Notes under the pieces: generated by a model
What the model saw: the letters and a program-made list of their open reading frames with translations, nothing else
Told to the model about the DNA's origin: nothing
Database searches by the model: none
Shown: piece by piece, positions 44,448-54,933 of the stretch
Numbering within the stretch: the stretch's first letter is position 1
How the letters are laid out: each line of letters starts with the position of its first letter
Translations under genes and position numbers: made by a program
Source: Thecamonas trahens ATCC 50062
Lineage: Eukaryota > Protista > Apusomonadida
Assembly: GCF_000142905.1 (NCBI RefSeq)
Contig: NW_013657661.1
Location: 62,001-126,000 of the forward strand
Length of the DNA stretch: 64,000 nt
Direction: 5' to 3'

Positions 44448-47025
44448 TTACGCGAGATACTCGTAGGTCCGGCGGTTGGAGCGGGAGCGGGCAAGGTAGT
44501 CGCGCTCGATGAGCGACTCGATGCGCTTCTTGACCTGCTGCGGCTCGGCCTTGAAGCGCTTCGCGAGGCGCTTGATGACTTCGGCGATGAGGGCGTTGTG
44601 CTCCATGGTGTTGCGGGCCTTCATGACGCGGACGATGGCGGCCTCGGTGGCGTGCTTGCGGCCCTCGTTGACGGAGCGCTGCGTGGCGGCGACCTGGGGA
44701 GCGGTGTCGCGCTTGGGAGCGACCTGAAGGACCTTGATGCGGAAGAGCTTGGAGGTAAAGTCTGCGTTAAAAGTGAAGACGTCGTCGTCGTGGAAGGTCT
44801 TGGACTTTGGGCTCTTGATGAGGACGCGTTGCTTGCCGGTCGAGAGCGAGAGCAGGCCCTTCATGAGGTAGTCGTCGTGGGAGGGTTGGATGAGGTTCCG
44901 GAGCTCTGCGTACGAGTAGGCGTCAGCCGAGTTGAACAGCTCAAGGATGCACATCTGGATGGTGGAGACGACGAGCTCGTGCGAGGAGTTGGCAAAGGTG
45001 CCCTTGACGGTGGCGGTGCCCATGGCGGCTTGCCAGGTGAGGACGCGCGACGAGTGCTTGGAGAGGTAAAAGTCGTCAAAGACAGCGGTGGCCGACGTGA
45101 TGAGCGGTGGGAGGACGAGGGTGAGCTCGTCGCGGGCGGGCCAAAAGGTCTTGGTGAGGACGTGGACCGAGAGCTCAATGCCGCCCATGGCCTCGCGCTT
45201 CTTGGGCCGCGAGTCGAGGAAGAGCTTGAACTTTTCCATAGTTTCCTTCGAAACAGACATGTCGGTGAACATGCCTTCGAGCTTGGAGGTGAACTGGAAG
45301 CCGCACTCGGCCTTGAGCTTTGAGATCATGTTCTGCTCAAAGTCGTTGGAGACGGAGCGACCAAAGATGAGGCGACGGGCAAGGTGCTGCTTGTAGTACG
45401 ACTCGAACACGTCCTTGTCCTCGAGGAAACGGAAGAGGGTCATGGCGCGGTCGAGGACAGCATCGACCTCGTCTTCGGTCACACCCTTGAGGCCCTTCTT
45501 CAGTTGACCGTCAATAAAGAGCGAGAGGTACTCGGGCGAGCGCGGGTTGAGGTTGATAAACGTCTCAAAGGCCTTGTAGATGGCGGTCTTGTACTTGCGG
45601 TTGGCATGAAAGGCGTCGCGGAGAATGACGTCGTACTTTTCCTTGGACTCGAGGAGGCCGGCAACCCACGCCTTGGGATCGCGCTTCTTGGCCCGTTCTT
45701 GGCCTCCATCATCTTGTCGGCGACAAGGAGCTTTCCCTTGCTCACAATGTACTCGGTGAGTGCATCCAGCAGAAGCTCGCGCCCGCCAGCGACCCGCTCC
45801 AGTAGCGTGTACGTCAGCTCGAGCTCGTCAACGCGCTGGCCGTCGAGCATGGCCGAGAGCCCGAACCGGTCCATGTTGACGATGGTCTTCATGTGGTTGG
45901 CGATAAACTCGGTGTCAACCACAGCGAGGATAGCAGCCTCGGTCGAGGCGTCGAGGCAGTGCGCCACCCGTGAGCGCTCCTCGTCCAGCCGCGCCGCCGC
46001 CCGTCGCAGGTGAGCTGCCGCAGAGTTGTCAGCAATGTACGCCAGCGCCTCGTTCTGGTAGTACTCGCGCGACTGGAGGAGGAACGGCGTCTCAAAGTAC
46101 TGTTTGTACACGCTCAGCGAGTCCTCGCCGAGCGCCACGTACATCTCGGTCATGCGCTTGACCAGCTCGCGGTCAACAATCTGGCCTTCGCGCTCGGCGG
46201 TGATGATGTCGAGGAGCGCTGCAGAGAGCCGCGCTTCCACCCGCGGGTGCTGGATGACGGTGGTGCAAAAGAGCTGGAGCCCGAGCTGGTACACCGGTTT
46301 GATGCCCTTGTTCTCCACGTACGCCCTGTCCATGTACAGCAGGATGTCGCGGATCATGATCATGGAGAGCGAGTGGTCGGCCCACGCCTTGTCTACGCCA
46401 AGCACAAAGTCTGAGCCATCGGTGAGACTGGCCACCTCCTCGGCCACCTTGCGGAGATGGGCGCCAACGACGTCACGGAGCCCGTTGTACAACATGCTCC
46501 CGTACTTGTGCAAGACAAGGTTGTACGCGTTCCGATACAGCTCCTCGAACGACAGGCCCGATGCATTCTGCGAGTGAATCTGCCGGATGGCGTTCTTCAG
46601 CAGCTCCCATGTCGCCTCTGCATGCGATGGCTCCATCTGCACCTTGCGAAACTCCCGCATCGACATCCGAAGCTGTGGGTGACAAGGGTGAGTGGGAGGG
46701 AAGAGGGGGAGGGGGGGGTAGCCATAGAAAGGAAAGTGGGAGGGAGGGAGGGGGGGGGGGGCTAATAGNNNNNNNNNNNNNNNNNNNNNNNNNNNNNNNN
46801 NNNNNNNNNNNNNNNNNNNNNNNNNNNNNNNNNNNNNNNNNNNNNNNNNNNNNNNNNNNNNNNNNNNNNNNNNNNNNNNNNNNNNNNNNNNNNNNNNNNN
46901 NNNNNNNNNNNNNNNNNNNNNNNNNNNNNNNNNNNNNNNNNNNNNNNNNNNNNNNNNNNNNNNNNNNNNNNNNNNNNNNNNNNNNNNNNNNNNNNNNTGT
47001 TGAGAACGCATACTTTTCCGGGCAT
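44448..47025 (-). CDS. CUL3: Cullin-3; micro-exon MPGK 47025-47014, intron 47013-46673, frame break at 45692-45694
   Basis: NASGLSFEELYRNAY, MIRDILLYMDR, SPEYLSLFID, LFRFLEDKDVFESYYKQHLARRL, ECGFQFTSKLEGMF, neddylation region AAIVRVMKAR, KKRIESLIERDYL. Confidence 0.95.
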
Positions 47026-47741
47026 GGTTAGGGGTGCTGTATCCTCCTCAGAGGTAGGGGGGGAGGGGTGGAGAGCGGTGGTGGTGGTAGGAAGGTGAGG
47101 GAGGTGGGGTGGGTAGAGTGGGGGTGGGGGGTGGGGTGGGAGCGGTGGCGGGGTGGGGAGGGAACCGACCGAAGGTTCCGGCGCGCGCCCAGGCGGGGAA
47201 AGGGAGCTGGGAAAGAGGAAGGAGGGGGGGGGGGGGGGGGTTGTAGGGACGATCATGGCACCCATAGGAGGTGATGAGCATGATGGTACAAGGATGGCAG
47301 ATGGCGTACCAGGGTATGATCTGATCTCGCCTATACCCATGCCAACCACCGATCCGTGGGCCTCCATCATTCGTGAAGCCCGGCATGGCGGTGACGTCGG
47401 TGCAGCACTCGCACTCGCACGACGACCACCCCCGCCACGACCACCACCGACGGAAGGGAGGAAGGCCACACTACGTCTCATAGTGACCCAACTCGCTTCT
47501 CTCCCTCTCCCCACCCACTCACCCACCACCACCACCACCACCCCACACACACACACACACACCACATTCCTTACGCTCATCCGCTCACCTCATACGGCTG
47601 CTTGCAGAGGGGAGAGACCGAGTACACGTACCTGCTTTCGTCCACGCACCCACCGCCTCCCCCATCGCACCACCCCTCGAGTGCGACCAACCGGTTCGAG
47701 CGCAGGCAGCAGTGACAGGGCCCTGACGGCATACTGAAGAG

Positions 47742-49820
47742 ATGAACGACAGCGAAGAGATGATGGAGGAGAGCATCGGCGGTGGCATCCGCAATGGTGG
47801 AGGCGTACATGTGCTGGAGAGTGACGAGATCGCGATGATGGACAACGACAGCGAGGCTAGTGGTGGTCTCGGGCAGATGGTCATGGCCACGCCAGCTGGT
47901 GGAGATGAGGCAAGGAATCACCGTGCGAGTGGTGAGATCCAACTCATGATCCCGAGGAACCGAGCCAGGGCTGGGAGTGGTAGGCTAGGCCGCCAGGGAG
48001 GCACTGGCTCGGATGTGGGCCAGTCACCCGTGGCCGGAGACATGCTCGCGCCGCTAGGCACGGGCACCACACCACAACTGGAGTCGTTCCCGCTCATGCC
48101 GATCCCGTCGCCGCAGCTGCGGCAAGATCTCAGCGGATGCTGCCCGATGTGTGGCCAGCAGGCCGGCGGGAGCGTAGGCGGGCTGGCGGGCGCATGCGGT
48201 GCCGACTTTCGCGTCGAGCACATGGACAACGACAGCGATGCAGAGACAGTGAGCGAGGCTGCAGACAACGACGCCGATGTCGTGCTGGCGTGGATGGCGT
48301 CGGCAGAAAGTCTGCAGATGCTGCAGCCGCCGCGGCTGGCCGAGTCGCACTTTCGGATCCTCGCCGGTGCGCACTCGGTGTCGGACGGCGACGAATCGGG
48401 TGAGGACGACGAGGCTGCCGAGGAGGTGGAGACTGCCGGCTCACGGCGGCGGCGGCAGAGCGTGCGGCTGGCCGATCAGGCCTTTGCCACGGGCTACTAC
48501 CGGCGGTTCTTCCAGGAGCTGGGGAAAATCGGCTCGGGCTTTGCCGGCGGAGTGTACCTCTGCCAGCACCACCTCGACGCATGCGACCTCGGGCTGTACG
48601 CGCTCAAGAAGATCCCGGTCGGGACGGCGACGGCGCTGTTGGAGGCGACGCTGGAGGAGGTGCGGATTCTGCGGCGGCTGCAGCACCCCAACGTCATCCA
48701 CTTTAAGCATGTGTGGCTCGAGATGGCCGAGAACCCGGCCGACTTTGGCCCGCCGCTGCCGTGTCTCTTTGTGCTGATGCAGTTTGCCAACGCCGGCAAC
48801 CTCGCCGAGCTGCTGGGGCTCAATGCGGCGCCGCCGACGCCGGCGGAGCAGGCCGCCGCGAGACGGGCCGCCGCCCGTGGCATGAGTGCGCCCGACGCCG
48901 GGATGGAGCTTCCGCTGAGCGTGGTCTGGGCCATGCTCCGTGACGTGCTCTCAGGCCTGGCGTACCTCCATGACAACGGCATTGTTCACTGCGACATCAA
49001 GCCGGAGAACATCCTCGTGCACGAGTACCTCGCCGACGATCTCGAGGCGTCGCGGCGGAGCCGGTTCCAGCGCGACACGGCGCATCTGCGGCTGTTGCTG
49101 ACCGACTTTGGCCAGTCGCGGATGCTCTCGGACGCGCACGTCCGGTCGGGCAACACCGGAACGCTGCGGTACACTGCCCCCGAGCTACTGGCCCACGCTG
49201 AGGCCGGCTCGCGGTTCGCGCACCTGCAGACGTATGCGTCGGACGTGTGGGCCCTCGGCATCACCTTTTACCAAATGGTCACCCGCCAGTCGCCGTACGA
49301 CGAGCGCCGCGAGCTCGGCGACCAGATCCAGGCGCTCCCCAGCGCACCGCGTGGTGCTTGGCCGCCTACCACCGGGCAGGCTGACGTCGACGCCGTCCTT
49401 GCCAAGATGCTCGCCCTCCACCCGCGCGAACGCTCATCGTCTGCCGCGCTCCTCGCCGCCATCACCGCCCGGCTCGGCTCGGACGCGCCGCAGATCTCGC
49501 GTGCCATCATCCCGTACGCTGTACGCCGCCGGCAGGTTGTCATTGCCCAGCGCCGGGCACGGGTCGGTCGCGATGTGGCCCTCGCCTCGGCCCTGCCTGC
49601 GCTCACCTTTCCTCGGCTGGCGCTGCCGCCGGCAGGCAACGCCGACGCCGACGGCGTCGAGGACGAGGGTGCGTCTGCACGGCACGGCTCGCCGGTTCTA
49701 GGCCCGCACGAGAGTGCGCCTGACGCCAGGCATGGCGATGGCGTGTCGTGGACGACGATGGGCTCGGTGGCCGTGGTGGCGTTTGCGGTCGGATGGTCGG
49801 TCGGACAAACAATGAGCTGA
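47742..49820 (+). CDS. IKS1-like Ser/Thr protein kinase with C-terminal hydrophobic segment
   Basis: CPMC, GYYRRFFQE, IGSGFAGGVY, YALKKIPVG, HVWLE...FGPPLPCLF, HCDIKPEN, DFG, YTAPE, SDVWALG; 5' end uncertain. Confidence 0.85.
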   Translation: MNDSEEMMEESIGGGIRNGGGVHVLESDEIAMMDNDSEASGGLGQMVMATPAGGDEARNHRASGEIQLMIPRNRARAGSGRLGRQGGTGSDVGQSPVAGDMLAPLGTGTTPQLESFPLMPIPSPQLRQDLSGCCPMCGQQAGGSVGGLAGACGADFRVEHMDNDSDAETVSEAADNDADVVLAWMASAESLQMLQPPRLAESHFRILAGAHSVSDGDESGEDDEAAEEVETAGSRRRRQSVRLADQAFATGYYRRFFQELGKIGSGFAGGVYLCQHHLDACDLGLYALKKIPVGTATALLEATLEEVRILRRLQHPNVIHFKHVWLEMAENPADFGPPLPCLFVLMQFANAGNLAELLGLNAAPPTPAEQAAARRAAARGMSAPDAGMELPLSVVWAMLRDVLSGLAYLHDNGIVHCDIKPENILVHEYLADDLEASRRSRFQRDTAHLRLLLTDFGQSRMLSDAHVRSGNTGTLRYTAPELLAHAEAGSRFAHLQTYASDVWALGITFYQMVTRQSPYDERRELGDQIQALPSAPRGAWPPTTGQADVDAVLAKMLALHPRERSSSAALLAAITARLGSDAPQISRAIIPYAVRRRQVVIAQRRARVGRDVALASALPALTFPRLALPPAGNADADGVEDEGASARHGSPVLGPHESAPDARHGDGVSWTTMGSVAVVAFAVGWSVGQTMS

Positions 49821-49888
49821 CCGCACACGCCCGCCTCATCTGCTGCTCATACCTTTACCGCAGCTAGGCGATCGCCGCTGTTAGGTGG

Positions 49889-51367
49889 TCACTGCTCGGG
49901 CACCGGCTCAAAGTCCTGGGCCATGACAACGCGGTAGCGAACGGCGTTGTCGCGGAGCTTGTCGAGGGCGGCGTTGACGGCCGACATGGACGAGTGCTCG
50001 ATGACCGGGGCAATGCCATGCTTGCGGAAAAGGCCAGCATCTCGGCCTGCTCCTTGGGCGAGCCGATGAGCGAGCCGCAGAGGGTGATGCGGTTGGCAAT
50101 GAGCTTGCGGGCGTCAAAGGTCATGGGCTCGGGGGGAGGCCGAGCATGCAGAAGACGCCGTCGGGCGCGCAAAGGCCAAGGAAGAGCTCCCATGGCAACG
50201 AGGCCGAGACCGTGCAGAGGATAAAGTCAAAGGTGCCCTGGGCGGCGGCCATGGCGTCGGCGTCCGACGAGAGCAGGAAGCTCGTAGCGCCAAAGGTCTG
50301 CGCCTCGGCCTCCTTGGACGGCGTCCGCGAAATGGCGGTGACCGAGTATCCAAGCGCGGCCGCGTACTGCACGCCCATGTGGCCGAGGCCGCCGATGCCG
50401 ACGACGCCAACCCGAGCGCCGGGCTTAAGCCCCTTGCCAAAGTGGACCAGCGGCGAGTACGTGGTGATGCCGGCGCAGAGGAGCGGTGCGGCCACCGCCG
50501 AGTCCATGCCGTCGGGAATGGGAATGGCAAAGGCCTCGTGGGTGATGTGCGCCTCGGCATAGCCGCCGTATGTCACGCCCGGCGGATTCGGGATGGGCGA
50601 GTTGTAGGTAAACACACGCTTGGGGCAAAAGTTATTGGCCTCACGCCCGCACTCGCGGCACGCCTCGCCATCCATGCACGCCCCACCCTGCGGACCAACA
50701 CCGACGCGATCGCCTACCGCCACCAACGAGACAGCCGGGCCCACGGCGGTGACCGTACCCACGATCTCATGACCCGGGACCATGGGATAGTTGTTGCCGG
50801 CCATCTCGTTGTCAACACGATGCAGGTCCGAGTGACAGACACCGCAGTGGGTGATGGAGATCTGGATGAAGGGGGGTGAGGGGTGAGAGGGGAGGGGGGG
50901 GCAGGGGGGGGAGGGGGGAGGGGGGCAGGGGGGGAGAGGAGGTATGTAGGCACCATCAAATACACAACATGGCACATGGTAGCCGTGTCATGCGAGTGAA
51001 GGAGACCGAGTACAGGGCAGGTGTCCCTGTGCTCTTGCTATAGCACAGTCTGGCAAGGGAGGGGCGAATGCCCATGCCCCCCTCTCTCCCCCCCCTCCCC
51101 CACAGTCCCTTGCTCGACCCCCCTCATACCCCCCCCCCCAGTCCCCGTGAGGGAGAGGGAGAGAGAAAGAGGGAGGGAGGTGGGGGAATGGGGAGGGGGA
51201 GGGGGGAGGGGGAGGGGGGATGGCATACCCCTCTCTGCCACCACACACTGCGCCAAGTGGTTGGGCAGGGTGGCGACAGACACTGTGCGGGGATAAGGGA
51301 AGGGGAGGGGAGGGGGAGGGGAGGGGGGGGGCTTGTAGCTTACCAGCACGTCGTGGTCGCCGCTAAG
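49889..51367 (-). CDS. Zn-dependent NADP alcohol dehydrogenase (CAD/YahK family); intron 51343-50862, 5' end in N gap, two frame breaks (50131-50136, ~50023)
   Basis: DVL|ISITHCGVCHSDLH, PGHEIVG, GDRVGVG, APLLCAGITTYSPL, VGIGGLGHM, GSLIGS, VRYRVVM. Confidence 0.92.
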
Positions 51368-51828
51368 NNNNNNNNNNNNNNNNNNNNNNNNNNNNNNNNN
51401 NNNNNNNNNNNNNNNNNNNNNNNNNNNNNNNNNNNNNNNNNNNNNNNNNNNNNNNNNNNNNNNNNNNNNNNNNNNNNNNNNNNNNNNNNNNNNNNNNNNN
51501 NNNNNNNNNNNNNNNNNNNNNNNNNNNNNNNNNNNNNNNNNNNNNNNNNNNNNNNNNNNNNNNNNNNNNNNNNNNNNNNNNNNNNNNNNNNNNNNNNNNN
51601 NNNNNNNNNNNNNNNNNNNNNNNNNNNNNNNNNNNNNNNNNNNNNNNNNNNNNNNNNNNNNNNNNNNNNNNNNNNNNNNNNNNTAGGGGGGGGGGAGGGG
51701 AGGGGGGTCCGGACAAGGCAGAGTCAAGAGGTGGCGGAGACAGTGACAGTGACTGAGGCAGAGGTAGTGGCGCAACCGGGGCGCGACTGTTATGTTAGGC
51801 TCAATCAGCATTGGTCCTCGTTTGGTGC

Positions 51829-52919
51829 TTACTCGAGATCCGACGACTCCTCGCCGGGCTCCGAGTCATCATCGTTGGACGAGCCGGCTTCGGCATCCGA
51901 CTTGGGCGACGGGGCGATGGTCTCGCCGGCGCCAAACGAGCCGATGAAGAGGAAGACGAGGACTGTGGCGAGAAGGGCAAGGAACGAACTCGCCACGCAG
52001 AGGTAGAACGACCACGACGGCGCCATCTTCTTGGTGTTGCCACCGCTGTACGGCGATGGCGACTTCTCGTACTCGGCCGTATCAAAGAGGAGCGCGGCGT
52101 AGAGAATCCAGCCCAGGAGCATGCCAATGGCGTGGAGGAGAACCAGCGAGAATCCGGCGCCAGCCATCGACTTGGGCGGCAGCGGGCCGGCTTCCACAAA
52201 CGCCAGATGCGCCAGCGCAAGCACGCCCACACCGAGCGATGCCACCAGCGTGTAGTATGTCACCTCGCCTGCGCGGAACTTGCGCTTGTCGGTCTGCGAG
52301 TTCTTCAGCAGCGCGTTGCTAAGCAAGTTTGTTTGCGTGGGCGAGTGTGAGTGTCACGGCGTTTCTCTCAACTTGCCCGGCAAAATTTTGCGCCGTCCCC
52401 TACACCCGCCATGCCAGCACACGGCCTCCTCAAAACAGCCGTTGGCCGCCCTCCCCGCCGCGACCGAGGCCATCATCACCCACACCATCCGCATGCACAT
52501 GCTCACGAGCGCCCGACTACGCGGATGTTTCTCAACACCGACTATCCCCCTCCCCCCTCCCCCCCCCTGAACCCTCCCCCACCTGCTCTCGCTCGCGCCC
52601 GTCTGTGCTCGTACCACTGGCGAGCCGAGACGCCCGCATCGTCCTCCTGGCGGAAGCACTTGTAGGCAAGGCCTGCGCGGCCGTAAAACTTGTTCGAGCC
52701 CGAAGAAAAGTCAACGGTGACCCAGTAGGTGGTAAGGAGCGCAATGAGGCCGCAGAGGAGGCTCAGGCCCATCAAGAACGTGGCGCATCCGTGCTTCGAT
52801 CGCCCAGCCATGCCGTGTAATTGGTCGAGTTGGGTCTTGAGGAACAGTGCATAAACAGACATCAACGAACAGACGACCAAACAAACCCAGACAATGATCG
52901 ACACCACCATCATGATCAT
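51829..52919 (-). CDS. Claudin/PMP22-like tetraspan membrane protein; intron 52614-52319; start at 52919 or 52811
   Basis: TM1 then TTYWV...AGLAYKC...QC (second Cys made by the splice), three more TMs, SWSFYLCVAS before the last TM. Confidence 0.7.
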
Positions 52920-53319
52920 CGCTTCATACCCACCGATACGTGGGGGGGGGGGGGGGGGGCAGCGACTACGCCTGACTGGGTGAGGTAGACGGGGACAGGC
53001 GAGGGAAGGGATAGGTCCCTTGTTGAGTGTGTGTGTGTGTGTGAGGTATGTGGTGATAGGCGAAGCATGAGCAGGTGTGTTTAAAAAAGAAGGCAAAATG
53101 TGTGATCACCAACTGTTCGATGGCTGGCTTCACCCCATGCACCCATCACGACTCTCTTTCTCTGGCGATATCTGCAGAGAAAGAAAGAGAGAAAGAGAGA
53201 TTGCGTACATGTGCATGTATGTGCATGTATGCGCTTTAGGCATCGTGCCGTAGACAGGCTCTTGCATGCATCGGATGCGAATTGTCGGTGATCTACGTAC
53301 AGCTGACTCGAGTGCGGAA

Positions 53320-54429
53320 ATGGACCTGTCAGGACTGAGCGCGGCCAAGGCGCAGCTGAGCGAGACGACGACGGTGGACAAGTCCAAGCCGGTACTGACT
53401 GAGACATGGACGCCCGAGTACCTCCGCTCGTACCAGCATGCCGTACTCGATGTCAACCTGGAGGCCTGGCTCCCGGCCGTGGTCGACTCGACCTTTGCCA
53501 CCTGGCTCGCCCCGCTCACCCTTGACGACGCCGCCGCCCTTGTGGCCAACTACGAGGCCGATCATCCGGAAGAGGCTGCCGCCGGATCGGGCTCTCTGCC
53601 AGACGATGCTGCGGCGGCGGTGGCGGCAGTGGCGCGTGTCGGCGATGGCGACTGGCAGGAGGCGCTGCGGGCTCGCCTCGAGGCCGCCATCGCCGAGGGT
53701 ATGGCTGCCCTGGGCGCATCGTTTGTCTTTGTCAAGACCTCATCGCGCTCGCCCAAGGACGCCGCGGCGGCTGACGGGGCCATGGCAGCAGCGTACACCG
53801 AGGCGTTGCAAGCCGAGCCGGACGCCGAGACTTTCAACGGAAAGCTCAACGCCTTGCTCCGTGCCGGCCTTGCCGTTCTCCGCGTCGACTCGCCGCCCCA
53901 GGGCGCGACGCTGCTGCTCACCTCGGAACGTATTTACCAGGACATGCTCATGGCGCTCAAGTACCCGGATCGCTTCCACGAGAACGTTGTCGTCCGCCAG
54001 TGGGTCGATCTCGACGTCGGCTTTGAGTTTCGTGGCTTTGTTGCTCGCGGCGTGCTCACCGCGCTCTCGCAGTACAACCACCTCTCGTACTTTGCCGAGC
54101 TCGCTGCCGCCGGGCCGGACATAGCCGATGTCATCCGCACGGCATTTGACAGTCCCGCCATGGCCGGTGCGCTCTCGGCTGCCGGCTTTGACGACTACGT
54201 CATCGACTTTGGCCTCGTCGCCAACCCGGCCCGGGACGATGGCTACGACGTGTGGATCATCGAGATCAACCCGTTTCTCGAGACAACCGACCCTGCCCTC
54301 ATGCACTGGTCCCGTGATGCCGCTCTCCTTGCTGGCGAGCTCCCGTTTGAGTATCGCTACAACACGTCGGCGCCGGCAGGCGCCAAGGCCAATGTCTCTG
54401 CCGAGTGGTGCGCCATCATGGGCGTGTGA
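53320..54429 (+). CDS. Cdc123/D123-like (R2K) ATP-grasp protein
   Basis: FVKTSSRSPKD, SERIYQD, VRQW...EFRGFV, LTALSQY, YVIDF, IIEINPF, PALMHW. Confidence 0.85.
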   Translation: MDLSGLSAAKAQLSETTTVDKSKPVLTETWTPEYLRSYQHAVLDVNLEAWLPAVVDSTFATWLAPLTLDDAAALVANYEADHPEEAAAGSGSLPDDAAAAVAAVARVGDGDWQEALRARLEAAIAEGMAALGASFVFVKTSSRSPKDAAAADGAMAAAYTEALQAEPDAETFNGKLNALLRAGLAVLRVDSPPQGATLLLTSERIYQDMLMALKYPDRFHENVVVRQWVDLDVGFEFRGFVARGVLTALSQYNHLSYFAELAAAGPDIADVIRTAFDSPAMAGALSAAGFDDYVIDFGLVANPARDDGYDVWIIEINPFLETTDPALMHWSRDAALLAGELPFEYRYNTSAPAGAKANVSAEWCAIMGV

Positions 54430-54933
54430 GTCAGCGCGAAGCCTCGCTGACGGTGACGACGACGACACCTTGGCAGGAGAGTACGGGTCGATGCTCGGGC
54501 CTGGCGCGGCGATGGGCGGTGGCTGGCAAAGCCAGCCACACGTTGGTCACCTCTCCTTCGGGCATCGCAACGAGCGCCACATCGATGCACTCTTCCACAC
54601 AGAGCGGACTATGCCAGCGGCGCCTCGCACGGTCCCGCATCAAACAAGACCTTACAGCTTCCCACGGCTGGCGTGGTGGGCCGGCTTTTGTGGCCACCGT
54701 TTGCCCACGCGACCGAGATCCATTGCCCACACATGCGGCATCGGCATCCTTCCCTCCCTCAACCACCGCACCTGCGACCAGTCGAGTTGAACAGCTCCAA
54801 ACCCCCCACTCGACCAGACTCCCCCCCCCCCACCCCCCACCCCCCCCTCCCCCCCACTCTCCCTCTCCCTCACCCAACGCGCGCGCGCGCGTGTGTGTGT
54901 GTGTGTGTGTGTTGCCCGTGTGTGTAGGCAGAT

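Noticed and set aside
15059-47025. F-box, ankyrin, LRR and CUL3 as a ubiquitin-ligase gene cluster
   Set aside because: The genes are dispersed among unrelated loci, and F-box proteins use CUL1, not CUL3
47153-47737. ORF upstream of the IKS1-like kinase
   Set aside because: Runs through G-rich and CA-repeat sequence; could hold a 5' exon, but I found no phase-consistent splice
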